Assembly (NCBI GenBank): GCA_965248265.1
Contig: CBDFJF010000001.1
Span: forward strand, 384,001 to 448,000
Reading direction: 5' to 3'
Source: Candidatus Latescibacterota bacterium
Lineage (GTDB): Bacteria > Latescibacterota > UBA2968 > UBA8231
Length of the DNA stretch: 64,000 nt
Shown here: in pieces, positions 9,901-18,538 of the stretch
Layout of the letters: every line of letters begins with the position of its first letter
Numbering within the stretch: position 1 is the stretch's first letter
Made by a program: the position numbers and the translations under genes
The notes under the pieces: generated by a model
Told to the model about the DNA's origin: nothing
The model's input: only the letters and a program-made list of their open reading frames with translations
Database searches by the model: none

Positions 9901-12900
9901 CGGTATCGATCGACGCACTGACGAGCAAGAACTGAACTTTTATCTGGCTCTTGCTGACGCCGATACCAGCGGTTCAATAGAAGACCGGCGCCAACTTTTT
10001 CGCGCAATCGAAGAGTACTCCGGTCGCCGGGCCGTAGATCCGGAGGGTGACAACTGGGACTTCAACGAACGCAACTACGATCAGATCAACGGAACACAGG
10101 GAAGCGGTCGCAGCGAGACGCAACGCCCCGATTCTGAGGACATCAACAACGACGGCATCGTCAACACCGCCAACAATTACTTTCACCATACCATCGATCT
10201 GGCCAACGACGAGCACGTTCCAGGCACGCGGAGCCTCTCAGGCTGGAGGTTGTTTCGACGACCATTGTTCGACGGCGCAGTGAAGCGCATCGGCTCTCCG
10301 GATTCGAGCCGGATCGAGTCCGCCCGTATTCTGTTCGTCAACGACGGAGCAAGTCTGGATGAGGTATCTCGGCTCGAAATCGTCCAGCTGGAAATCATCG
10401 GCAACGACTGGCAGGAGAACGACATCTTCACGTTCGGTCAGGAAACAGACGTGATCGGAGACACCGAAGAGATGTTCAACGTCGCCATCATCGGCACCGA
10501 CGAGAACGCCGACTACGAGCCGCCGCCGGGAATCAAGTTGCGCCGACTCGGCAGTTCCCGAACCAGGGAGCGGGAACAGTCGCTGGTGCTGGATTACGAG
10601 AGTCTGTTGCCGCAACATCAGGCTTCGGCCTCAAAGGTATTGTCAAGCAACAGCGACTACACCAAGTACACCCGCTTGCGCATGTTCGCGTATGGGGATA
10701 CCGCCGATGTCTCTTACGTCACCAGCGACACCACCAGCGACATCCAGTTGTTCGTACGATTCGGTCGCGACAGTGCCAACTACTACGAGTTTGCCACGCC
10801 GGTGTTTCCCAAGTGGGACCGGCGCAACTGGGTCGATGTCGACCTGCTGACAATGTCTCAGCTCAAGGCGCAATTGCAGAGGCAGCCGGAACTCGACTCA
10901 CTTGCCACCGTCATCCGGGATCCAGCCGTGCGTGATGGCTTGCCGGCCGTCTACCTGGTGCGCGGCAATCCATCCATGCAGCAGATCAAGCAGTTGACTG
11001 TCGGGGTGCGCAACACCAGTGAGATCCACTCCTATACCGGCGAGGTCTACACCGACGAGTTGCGCCTCGACGAGGCGCGCAACGATGCCGGACTGGCTGC
11101 TTTCGTGCGGGTGAACACGTCGCTGGCCGATTTCATGAGCGTCGACGGGTCCGTGGATTGGCAGTCCCAGGATTTTCGGACATTAGCAAACACAGCCCGA
11201 AAAAGTGAGGACATGCGTACGAGTTTGACGACGACGACGAACGTCCATCGCTTTCTGAAGGGAACGTGGGGTTTCTCGATACCCGTCAAAGCCACTCTCA
11301 GCCGCAACGTCAGTCTTCCGCGTTTCGGGCCGAACTCCGATGTCGAGTTGCTGTCGAACGAACGGGATTCCCTGCGCACTCAAACCACTAAGCAATTCTA
11401 CGAAGTGTCGATGAGCAAGCGGAAGGGGAAGGCCTGGTACACGCGCTGGACCATTGACCAGATGAGCATGAGGATGTCGTCGTCGACGGAACGCGGAAGG
11501 TCTCCCGTCGTCGAGCGCAGCAGCAAGCAGATCAAGACGGGTTCGTTCAAATACCAGGTGCCGTTTCCGAAGACGGCTGGCCGCTTTCTCGAGTGGTTGC
11601 CAGAGTACATGCCGAAGGGAATGCGGAGGGCACGGTTGAAGTATTTCCCCTCGAATCTGTCCTACACCATGAATGCCAACAAGACGGATGAGTTCTCAAA
11701 GCGAACGACGGATCCGGCACCCACGACGCGCGATGCCTTCGAGCTCAAGGAGACCTACACTTCCAAGTTAAATCCCCTCAGCATCGTCGCTGGCGACTAC
11801 AGCCTGCAGGTGACCAGGGACCTGCGCAAGAAATACGATCTTCAGAAACTGAGCTTCGGGCGTGAGGTAAAGCGCAACCAGAAGACGGGTCTCAAGATGA
11901 CACCGCGGTTGATGAGCTGGTTCGATCAGAACTATTCGTTCCAGGCGACCTACGAAGAAAACAGCGATCCACGCAGCCGGCGCACGAGCGCCGTGACGGA
12001 TTCGGTGACGGGGTCGATCATCCGTACCCGGGACATCACGACCAAGAACGAGCTCAACGCGCGCTGGAATCTGAAACTGCCGACGCTGTTGAAAGCGGTC
12101 GGCAAGCCGGCGGGTAAAACAAGGGGGGCTGTGCCCAAAGCCAAGAAGAAGGATACGGAGGACAAGCCGCAGGACAAGAAGGATCGGGACAGAAAGCCAT
12201 TGTTCTTGCGACGGTTCGTGTTCTTCTCAGCGGCGTACGTCGATCCATTGAGCAGCTCGTGGCGACGCAACGTAACCTCACGCAGCTTCAACCTGGTCGA
12301 TCGTCCCTCTTTCATGTACCAGATAGGCCTGGAGGATAATCTTGGGGTGTCGAGGGCGGGAACCGGATTGACCCAGCAGGACAGCTGGAGTCGCGGCACC
12401 ACGACCGAAACCGCTTCAGGGTTGAAGCTGCCATTGGGTGTCAGCGTCAAAACGAGCTTCAAGCGCAATCTTACCAAGCGCAGCGGCAGCACCCAGACTC
12501 GGCTCCGGGTTGAGGAAGACACCAAATTCCCGGAAATAAACGTAAACTGGGGCCGAGCTAATCGATTGCCGTTGCTCCAGCGGTATCTCAACAGCGCCCA
12601 GGTCAACGTCCAGTTCAGGGAGTCGCAATCGAAACAGGGCGAGGGCAGCATTCAACCCCGAAGTCTGCTCCAGAGGGGCACGAATCAGGAATTCTCCGGT
12701 TCATGGACCGGTCAATGGCGATGGGGGCCGGCCACGACGATTCGCTCGTCACGCAGCAACGGCGAGGACATTGACTTTGAATTGCCGACCATCGATGACG
12801 AGGCTGATGATCAGGGACTGGACCTGACTCCGCGCGTGAGGGGGCGTGGGTTGACGGAGCGCAACAATCACAGTCTCGAAGTCAAACACAATCTACGACC

Positions 12901-13180
12901 ACGTTCATTGCCGTTGTTCGGTCAGTTGAAGAGCAATGTGGATTTGCGTCTGAAGTTCGAATTGGAGGACGAGATCCGCTCCAGCGCCACGGGCGACGAG
13001 GAACAGGCGCCGATATCGATCACGGAGCGCTGGCGCTTCGAGTTCAAGGCGGATTACAAATTCAGTGACCTTTTTCGCGGCGGTGCCTTCATCCGGGCGG
13101 AGAACAACACGGATGGGCTGACGTCGAGAACGCGCAAGGTGCGTGAAGTTAAAGTGTCAGGCATTTTCCTCTTCAAATAA
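6953..13180 (+). CDS. sprA: SprA/Sov-family giant outer-membrane beta-barrel (T9SS translocon homologue)
   Basis: 2075 aa with a signal peptide. SprA-type motifs: VEGKVG..INI, NQIKLDYKGDEDAVFQEVQAGN, GLFGI, YIDDFEGS, NRGRMIWFN, IDLGDISED, PDSEDINNDG, GWRLFR, DELRL, GWGFSIPV. C-terminal amphipathic beta-strands. Confidence 0.9.
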   Translation: MTHPPPPVLRVLPFVIGAATLFQSGVEAKIGLKPSALPTPLSQLYTEPPANAPLTSRGPGMFRSRATKPLLELSSSFTDKRVVVDPTGAHYTPHAAGFPTGPTITLPLESYLGLGHSLMFQRRWRETVRSEFSRAAARQQRQGKSRLEWRVPLPAPKPLRRFIGDEGQLKINGKHTATIGGKSQWTAGEVRTLAGGPSKFPALTMDQESQFTVEGKVGEAINIRITQDTQQLGTSFRDQLANQIKLDYKGDEDAVFQEVQAGNTTLALPSTRFVGFNQQHKGLFGIRARGRLGPLGFTTIASHEKSESKRSTFRGGARVDTMTIKDYEYLPRTYFFLDPVYGERLEDYREVARARPQDFNPADIIDERSLEVYINDFNVNNDPEQLAKQGIAWVDAEYTANRVNGTWGQHEIDESSGYFEQGTWHRLDPDDDYGLVAELGYIVMRTPIAERHSLAVRYRTVGSAAASVAGEQFGDTRGDTLQLKLIQARDSRPNFPTWDLEWRNVYRISRSFARGKKFEEDKIRVQVLKEVAGREPQTSQDGKRYLQIFGIDEHGQDPGTPPDQIIDADYIGLDGVRGVLIFPARKPFAPVEGAPGFGELQDTVEEIYTSQQDRDKIEASTYLIQVVNSSGQQRINLTQGRLAGVDPESVDVRLNGKSLTRGKDFRVSFNGEVTFMGQAQSSVSDPGADLEISFESEDLIGIGGQQKTLVGMRTEYEFWEGDGSIGTTVLYNNERSSDKRVRVGREPARTIVWDTDLRANFEAPILTRIVDALPLLKTAAASKVTVQAEIAQSRPNLNTRGQGYIDDFEGSERPEILSMFRTRWTPASIPEDSGLDETNRGRMIWFNPLNKVSRLEIWPQQEGQIDSRNNDIDILVMELTGGRPLEPSWEGLMTPWTGGVRDFSQSKFLEIWARGDEGSVHIDLGDISEDYTRRELDEGDMAVLSLEEKLAKLRTGDRKLDTEDKPLPGRISGDGVASIEEDIGIDRRTDEQELNFYLALADADTSGSIEDRRQLFRAIEEYSGRRAVDPEGDNWDFNERNYDQINGTQGSGRSETQRPDSEDINNDGIVNTANNYFHHTIDLANDEHVPGTRSLSGWRLFRRPLFDGAVKRIGSPDSSRIESARILFVNDGASLDEVSRLEIVQLEIIGNDWQENDIFTFGQETDVIGDTEEMFNVAIIGTDENADYEPPPGIKLRRLGSSRTREREQSLVLDYESLLPQHQASASKVLSSNSDYTKYTRLRMFAYGDTADVSYVTSDTTSDIQLFVRFGRDSANYYEFATPVFPKWDRRNWVDVDLLTMSQLKAQLQRQPELDSLATVIRDPAVRDGLPAVYLVRGNPSMQQIKQLTVGVRNTSEIHSYTGEVYTDELRLDEARNDAGLAAFVRVNTSLADFMSVDGSVDWQSQDFRTLANTARKSEDMRTSLTTTTNVHRFLKGTWGFSIPVKATLSRNVSLPRFGPNSDVELLSNERDSLRTQTTKQFYEVSMSKRKGKAWYTRWTIDQMSMRMSSSTERGRSPVVERSSKQIKTGSFKYQVPFPKTAGRFLEWLPEYMPKGMRRARLKYFPSNLSYTMNANKTDEFSKRTTDPAPTTRDAFELKETYTSKLNPLSIVAGDYSLQVTRDLRKKYDLQKLSFGREVKRNQKTGLKMTPRLMSWFDQNYSFQATYEENSDPRSRRTSAVTDSVTGSIIRTRDITTKNELNARWNLKLPTLLKAVGKPAGKTRGAVPKAKKKDTEDKPQDKKDRDRKPLFLRRFVFFSAAYVDPLSSSWRRNVTSRSFNLVDRPSFMYQIGLEDNLGVSRAGTGLTQQDSWSRGTTTETASGLKLPLGVSVKTSFKRNLTKRSGSTQTRLRVEEDTKFPEINVNWGRANRLPLLQRYLNSAQVNVQFRESQSKQGEGSIQPRSLLQRGTNQEFSGSWTGQWRWGPATTIRSSRSNGEDIDFELPTIDDEADDQGLDLTPRVRGRGLTERNNHSLEVKHNLRPRSLPLFGQLKSNVDLRLKFELEDEIRSSATGDEEQAPISITERWRFEFKADYKFSDLFRGGAFIRAENNTDGLTSRTRKVREVKVSGIFLFK

Positions 13181-13250
13181 CGGCAACAGGTGCCGGGCGC
13201 CTGTGCCAGGCGCGAACGATTGCCAGACTGAAATGCACGGGGTATCTTCC

Positions 13251-13646
13251 ATGTTCAATGGCCGTGAGCGCGTTGCACTGTTGTTGCTGACAGCATCTTT
13301 ATCGGTCGGTGGGACGATGGCGCTGCTGGATTACGGTGCCGCGGATCGCTTCGAGGATTTTCATGTCGTTCGCGGAGCAGTCGAAGTACCGAGCCCAGTA
13401 GCCGCTGCCGAGAGCCCGACACATGTCGCTGGTGAACCCGTTAAGCCGAGCAACCCGGTCGCGCTGAACTCAGCTACAGCCAGGGAGCTGGAACGGTTGC
13501 CACTTGTAGGGCCCAAGACGGCGGCGCTGATTCTGCAGTATCGTCGTCGCCACGGTCCATTCCCGGACCTGGAGTCGCTCACGCAAGTCAAGGGGATCGG
13601 CCCGCGTACGTTGGAGCGCTTGCGGCCTCTGATCGTCTTACGGTAG
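13251..13646 (+). CDS. comEA: ComEA-family helix-hairpin-helix DNA-binding protein
   Basis: N-terminal TM (ERVALLLLTASLSVGG), then LNSATARELERLPLVGPKTA...GPFPDLESLTQVKGIGPRTLERL. Confidence 0.92.
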   Translation: MFNGRERVALLLLTASLSVGGTMALLDYGAADRFEDFHVVRGAVEVPSPVAAAESPTHVAGEPVKPSNPVALNSATARELERLPLVGPKTAALILQYRRRHGPFPDLESLTQVKGIGPRTLERLRPLIVLR

Positions 13647-13717
13647 TCGTCTTGCAATGACGATTGCAGGCGGGCGAAGGACTTCAAACCGCGAAGGACT
13701 TCAAACGGCGAAGGAAC

Positions 13718-14710
13718 ATGAAATTGTTCGGACACAGGGACAGACGCTCCACGGGTATTCACCTGGGCGACGGCGGCCTGCAGGTTGTTGAGTTGCGACG
13801 ACGTGGAGGGGGGGCTGTGTTGGAAGAAGCCCTTCGCCTCAATATCCATCAGCTGCGCTTTCCACTGCCCTGGGTAGATCCGAAGTTCCAGCACGACATC
13901 GCTGATACGATTCGCAGCGCCAGACGAGAGCACGGCATTCGGTTCAAGCATCCGTATTTCGCTCTGGATGAACGCTCGGCGATCGTGAAACGACGGGCAC
14001 TGCTGCCCGGCAAGGTCCAGGACAATCGTGAGAATCTTGAATGGGAAGCTCGTCAGTTTCTCACCGACGACCTCGCCGAGTACGCCATCGATTATCTACT
14101 CACGACCGAGTTTGGCTTCGTCGTGGCCGTTCGCCGCGCTGCCATGGATCGTGTACGCGGAGTCTGTCACCACGCCGGTATACCCCGGCCGGAGTTTGAT
14201 CTGGCCCCATTCGCTCTCTACAACGCCCTCGAGGCGAGTGCTGGACTCTCGAGTTCGGGATGCGAACTGCTTCTCGATGTGGGCGTGAATACGGCGCGGT
14301 CGATACTCCTGATCGAGGGGAGCCTACGTTGCGTCAGTGCCGTCAGAGCGCGGAGGTTGGTGATGTTCGCAAACGGTTCGACGACAACCGCAGGCGGCGG
14401 CGAAGCAGAGGTGCAGGTGGGAGACCAATCCACCACCCCGGAGGACGATTTCGAAGAGTGGATGGAGACCCTGGCTCGCGGAGCCGAAAAACTGGTGCGT
14501 GCGGAGCAGGGCGAGTTGCACATCGACCGCTGTTGGTTGAGTGGCAAACACGCGGTGCAGGCGCAAGACCCGCTGTCCCGGCGACTTGGCCTGGAAACGC
14601 AACTGTTGGATCCCTTCAGCCGAATCGATACCGGGATGCAGGAGCTGGATGATCCGTCCGTGTTCGCGACGGCTGCCGGGTTGGCCTTGAGAGGGATATC
14701 CGAGTCCTGA
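13718..14710 (+). CDS. pilM: Type IV pilus assembly protein PilM-like (actin fold, degenerate)
   Basis: TGIHLGDGGLQVVEL, LEWEARQFL, FDLAPFALYNA, LLLDVGVN, LLDPF, FATAAGLALRG. Confidence 0.82.
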   Translation: MKLFGHRDRRSTGIHLGDGGLQVVELRRRGGGAVLEEALRLNIHQLRFPLPWVDPKFQHDIADTIRSARREHGIRFKHPYFALDERSAIVKRRALLPGKVQDNRENLEWEARQFLTDDLAEYAIDYLLTTEFGFVVAVRRAAMDRVRGVCHHAGIPRPEFDLAPFALYNALEASAGLSSSGCELLLDVGVNTARSILLIEGSLRCVSAVRARRLVMFANGSTTTAGGGEAEVQVGDQSTTPEDDFEEWMETLARGAEKLVRAEQGELHIDRCWLSGKHAVQAQDPLSRRLGLETQLLDPFSRIDTGMQELDDPSVFATAAGLALRGISES

Positions 14711-14719
14711 AGGCGGACC

Positions 14720-15619
14720 ATGGCCATGATCCGAGTTCAACTGCAGCGCCAGCGGCACCGACGAAGATTGGTGCGAGCCGCGATCACACCGCTGATTACC
14801 GCTTGTATCTGCCTGGCACTGGTTCACTGGATCGACACGCGGGTGGGCCTGCTGACCCTGCTGCAAGGGTTGAGTCTTCCTGCATTGAGAGGCCCAACGA
14901 TCGATGCGCCTTCGGCAACGTTGGAAGAGGTCATCGAAGATGTGGAGCCCGTTGTCATGGCGGATGATCCGTCTCCGCCAGTCCTGCTGGAGTCACAATC
15001 GGTACCAAGACGCAGCGATGCATGCCACCGGGCGCTTGAGCTGTACGGGCGTTTGCCCCGCCGTCTGAGTTTTACTTCGCTGAGTGGCAGGGCAACCGAT
15101 GGTGGGGGTGGGGATTACACTCTAGAGGGCATCAGTGAGCCAGAGGAAGTGGTGACGCTTTTCAGTTTCCTGGATACGCTGAAAACCCTGCCTTCGGAAG
15201 TCAATCTTTCGTACTGGCGCGAGGGTGGAAAGACGGGCGGGAGTTATCGATTTACCTTCCACGGCACCTTCGGTGATCCCGAGTTCACAGGATCCACTAC
15301 GGTCGCCATGACTGGAGACGGAACCGGGCTGTTGTCCAACGTGTCGACGATGGCTGCTCGGGCCGGGCTTGACTCACTGATGACAAAGGGCCCCATCAGC
15401 ACGCCGTTGGCGAACGGCCACGGACGCCTGCGTCAGAAGTATTGGGCCGTCGGCTCCTATGCGCAGATCCGGACGTTCGCGCGCGAGCTTGAAGAGATGC
15501 CTGGTAATCAACCCGTGTTGGCAGAGCTCGTGATCATGCCCGGGCACGGAAGCTCGAAGAATCAGTCTCTGCAGCTATACGCCGCCCTCGATGTCGACGT
15601 CGCGGGCGACGATCGTTGA
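14720..15619 (+). CDS. Bitopic membrane protein, PilN/PilO (GspL/GspM)-like periplasmic domains
   Basis: Follows pilM. MIRVQL start, one TM, YTLEGIS...FSFLDTLK (PilN-like) and GSYAQIRTFARELEEMP (PilO-like). Confidence 0.55.
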   Translation: MAMIRVQLQRQRHRRRLVRAAITPLITACICLALVHWIDTRVGLLTLLQGLSLPALRGPTIDAPSATLEEVIEDVEPVVMADDPSPPVLLESQSVPRRSDACHRALELYGRLPRRLSFTSLSGRATDGGGGDYTLEGISEPEEVVTLFSFLDTLKTLPSEVNLSYWREGGKTGGSYRFTFHGTFGDPEFTGSTTVAMTGDGTGLLSNVSTMAARAGLDSLMTKGPISTPLANGHGRLRQKYWAVGSYAQIRTFARELEEMPGNQPVLAELVIMPGHGSSKNQSLQLYAALDVDVAGDDR

Positions 15620-15674
15620 CACACACCGCGCAGCGCCCATCGGGCGGCGGCGCCTCAGCGCAAGGGAGCACAGC

Positions 15675-16163
15675 ATGAGCCACGCCTTGTACCCCGGGAG
15701 TTTCGATCCAATCACGCTGGGACACACCAATATCATCGAGCGCGCACTGACGATCTTCGAGAAGATCACTGTTGTCGTCGCCGTGAACCCGCAGAAGAAG
15801 TCTCTCTTCGATCTCGAAGACAACCTGGAGTTGATCCGTGAAGTCACAGCCGTATGGCCTCAGGTTTCCGTCGATTCCACCGAGGGGTTGCTCGTCGACT
15901 ACGCCAAGGAGCACGGCATCACGCATGGTGTGCGCGGTCTGCGGGCGGTGACGGACTTCGAGGTCGAGTTCTCCATGGCGCTCACCAATCGTGGGCTGTC
16001 CGAAGAATTCGACACCGTCTTTCTGATGACGAGCTCCGAGTTCATGTACCTGCGTTCCTCTATCGTACGTCAGGTAGCCAGTCTGGGTGGAGATATCAGC
16101 AAGTTTGTCCCGCCGATCGTCGATGAGCACCTGAGGGCGCGGTTCCACAATGTTCGTAGATGA
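15675..16163 (+). CDS. coaD: Phosphopantetheine adenylyltransferase
   Basis: ALYPGSFDPITLGHTNII, VRGLRAVTDFEVE, SSIVRQVA. Confidence 0.97.
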   Translation: MSHALYPGSFDPITLGHTNIIERALTIFEKITVVVAVNPQKKSLFDLEDNLELIREVTAVWPQVSVDSTEGLLVDYAKEHGITHGVRGLRAVTDFEVEFSMALTNRGLSEEFDTVFLMTSSEFMYLRSSIVRQVASLGGDISKFVPPIVDEHLRARFHNVRR

Positions 16164-17166
16164 AGTTGAAATCAAGCTTGGCTCGGGCGCTGGCGGAGAT
16201 GGTTGCATGAGCTTCCGCCGGGAGAAGTACGTTCCTCGCGGCGGTCCCGATGGAGGAGACGGCGGCGATGGAGGCAGCGTAGTCTTTCAGGTCGATACGA
16301 ATCTGGCCACGCTCGTCGACTACCAGCACCAGGCGCACATCACGGCAGGACGCGGGACCCACGGAAAGGGCAAGGATCAAACAGGGGCTCGCGGACGCGA
16401 TGCCGTCGTGCGGGTTCCGCCCGGGACCATCGTACGCTCGGAAAGCGGTGAAGTGGTAGCCGACCTGGTAGACGAGGACTCGACCCTCATGCTATTGAAG
16501 GGAGGGCGGGGTGGACGCGGCAACGCCCGTTTCGCGACTTCCCGGCAGCAGGCGCCGCGGCGCGCAGATCCAGGACAACCGGGAACGCAGATGACCGTCC
16601 GACTCGAGTTGAGCCTGCTGGCTGACGTCGGTCTGGTCGGCTTTCCCAATGCGGGCAAGTCGACCCTGCTGTCTAGATTGTCTGCGGCACGTCCCAAAGT
16701 TGCCGATTACCCCTTTACAACGATGTCCCCGAACCTGGGGATTGTACAGTGGGCGGAGTACGAGAGTTTTGTACTGGCGGATCTACCCGGCCTGATAGAA
16801 GGAGCTCACACGGGCAAAGGGCTCGGGACGCGTTTTCTTCGCCACATCGAGCGCACCCGAACCCTGCTCTTCACCCTGGAGTGTGTGAGCGATGATTCCC
16901 GAGCCGAATTCGAAACCCTGCGGGAGGAACTGGGCGGATTCGATCCGGGATTGTTGACCAAGCCCTATGCCATCGCCTACACCAAGGCCGATTTGCTGTC
17001 GCAAGATCCGGCGATCGATCCACTGGAGGATCTTGCTGTACCGCGTTTCGTGGTGTCGGCCGTCAGCGGCCGCGGGTTGAAGGAGATGGTGGCCCACCTC
17101 GGAACAGAAGTTAAACGGATCCGAGAAACTGAAACCGCCGATCAGGAGTCGACGTCATCGCTGTGA
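16150..17166 (+). CDS. obgE: GTPase Obg
   Basis: MFVDE, GGDGCMSFRREKYVPRGGPDGGDGG, GFPNAGKST, DLPG, TKAD. Confidence 0.97.
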   Translation: MFVDEVEIKLGSGAGGDGCMSFRREKYVPRGGPDGGDGGDGGSVVFQVDTNLATLVDYQHQAHITAGRGTHGKGKDQTGARGRDAVVRVPPGTIVRSESGEVVADLVDEDSTLMLLKGGRGGRGNARFATSRQQAPRRADPGQPGTQMTVRLELSLLADVGLVGFPNAGKSTLLSRLSAARPKVADYPFTTMSPNLGIVQWAEYESFVLADLPGLIEGAHTGKGLGTRFLRHIERTRTLLFTLECVSDDSRAEFETLREELGGFDPGLLTKPYAIAYTKADLLSQDPAIDPLEDLAVPRFVVSAVSGRGLKEMVAHLGTEVKRIRETETADQESTSSL

Positions 17167-18326
17167 ACGACGTGGGTCACCACGTGGATCGCTCTGAAAG
17201 TGACGAGGTCGTTGCACTGATGGCTCTGTCCAGGCTCAGCGGCATCGGAGACAAACGACGGGCAGACCTGCTCGACGTATTCGGTACGGCCAGGGAGGCC
17301 CTCAACGTGCCGGCGTCGCAGTGGGCACCGGTGTTGGGACTCAGCGTTTCGGTGCTGGAGAAAACTCGAAACAGCCTGGATCGTTCGTGGGCCCAATCAC
17401 GGCTGGCGATGCTCGAGGGGCGGGGAGGGCGAGCCGTTCTGCTTCAGGACCATGGTTATCCCGAACTGCTACGGCAGCTGGCGTCTCCGCCGCCCGTGCT
17501 GTTCGTCCTCGGAGCTCCTGCCCTGCTCTCACAGACATACTGCGTGGCCGTGGTAGGTACTCGTCGGCCGAGCCGGTCAGGAGAGGCCATGGCTCGCCGG
17601 ATTGTGACCGGATTGGCTGTCAGGGGCTTTTGCGTCGTCTCGGGCATGGCCATCGGTATCGACACGGCCGCTCACACCGGGGCGCTGGAAGCAGGGGGAA
17701 GGACCATCGCCGTGCTCGGCAGTGGAGTCGATGTCGTGACTCCTCCAGCCAACGGCGATCTCTACCACCGGATCGAGCGACACGGGGCCGTGGTTTCTGA
17801 CCTGCTCCCTGGGACGCCTGGTAACACCTACACCTTTCCGCGCAGGAACAGGATCATCAGCGGCCTTTCACTGGGAACAGTCCTGATTGAGGCGCCACGC
17901 GTCAGCGGTGCCCTGATCACGGCTCGCAACGCAATCGAGCAAGGCCGCATGCTGTTCGCAGTGCCCGGTGATGTGGCAACGGGAAAGAATGCAGGTTGTC
18001 ACCAGTTGATCCGGGAGGGTGCTCAGCTGGTAGAGTGTGCGGAGGAAGTCGCCGAGGCCCTCAAGCCGCTGTTACCAACCGATGTTGAGCTCCCCAGCGT
18101 GGCCGCAGCACGATCCCCGGCTTCTGGCTCCCAGCTCGACCCGCGGCAGCGACTGGTTCTGGGGCGGCTGGAAGCAGAACCATCGTCCGTTGACGAGCTG
18201 GCGGTCGCCAGTGAGTTGAGCACGGCTCAACTGCTGGACGCGCTGTCGAGACTCGAACTTGCCGGCCTGGTTGACCAGCTTCCCGGGAAACGATTCTGCC
18301 TCAGTGAGACGGTGGCTCCCTCTTAG
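17163..18326 (+). CDS. dprA: DNA-processing protein DprA (Smf)
   Basis: VAVVGTR, VSGMAIGID, TIAVLGSG, FPRRNRIISGLS, SGALITA, C-terminal wHTH. Confidence 0.96.
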   Translation: MNDVGHHVDRSESDEVVALMALSRLSGIGDKRRADLLDVFGTAREALNVPASQWAPVLGLSVSVLEKTRNSLDRSWAQSRLAMLEGRGGRAVLLQDHGYPELLRQLASPPPVLFVLGAPALLSQTYCVAVVGTRRPSRSGEAMARRIVTGLAVRGFCVVSGMAIGIDTAAHTGALEAGGRTIAVLGSGVDVVTPPANGDLYHRIERHGAVVSDLLPGTPGNTYTFPRRNRIISGLSLGTVLIEAPRVSGALITARNAIEQGRMLFAVPGDVATGKNAGCHQLIREGAQLVECAEEVAEALKPLLPTDVELPSVAAARSPASGSQLDPRQRLVLGRLEAEPSSVDELAVASELSTAQLLDALSRLELAGLVDQLPGKRFCLSETVAPS

Positions 18327-18528
18327 CGGTGCTGCCAGCGTTGATGTCCGTCTCCGCCGGTTCGATCTGAATCAGGCCCGAGTCGTCGCCACTTCGTCCG
18401 CCACAGGAGTCTACGACGCGTCCGATGAATGGGCGCAACAGGCGCCACAACACCCATACGCCGCAGCTGGCCGCTATGAGGATGGCTGCTATTGCCTGCC
18501 ACTGATCTGCAATCGTAGTCAGGATCAT
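18301..18528 (-). CDS. Small membrane protein downstream of feoB (FeoB-associated Cys-containing type)
   Basis: One TM (AIAAILIAASCGVWVLWRL), then SCGG and LIQI, immediately after feoB. Confidence 0.6.
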   Translation of the reverse strand: MILTTIADQWQAIAAILIAASCGVWVLWRLLRPFIGRVVDSCGGRSGDDSGLIQIEPAETDINAGSTAKREPPSH

Positions 18529-18538
18529 GTGCACGGCC

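Noticed and set aside
12100-12200. Lys-rich loop in SprA (KAKKKDTEDKPQDKKDRDRK) as a DNA-binding element
   Set aside because: Mixed-charge low-complexity loop; as I recall, similar loops occur in ordinary SprA proteins, so it is not evidence for DNA transport.
13181-13250. Sigma54-like element upstream of comEA (GGCGCGAACGATTGC)
   Set aside because: GG to GC spacing is 11 nt rather than the required 10.
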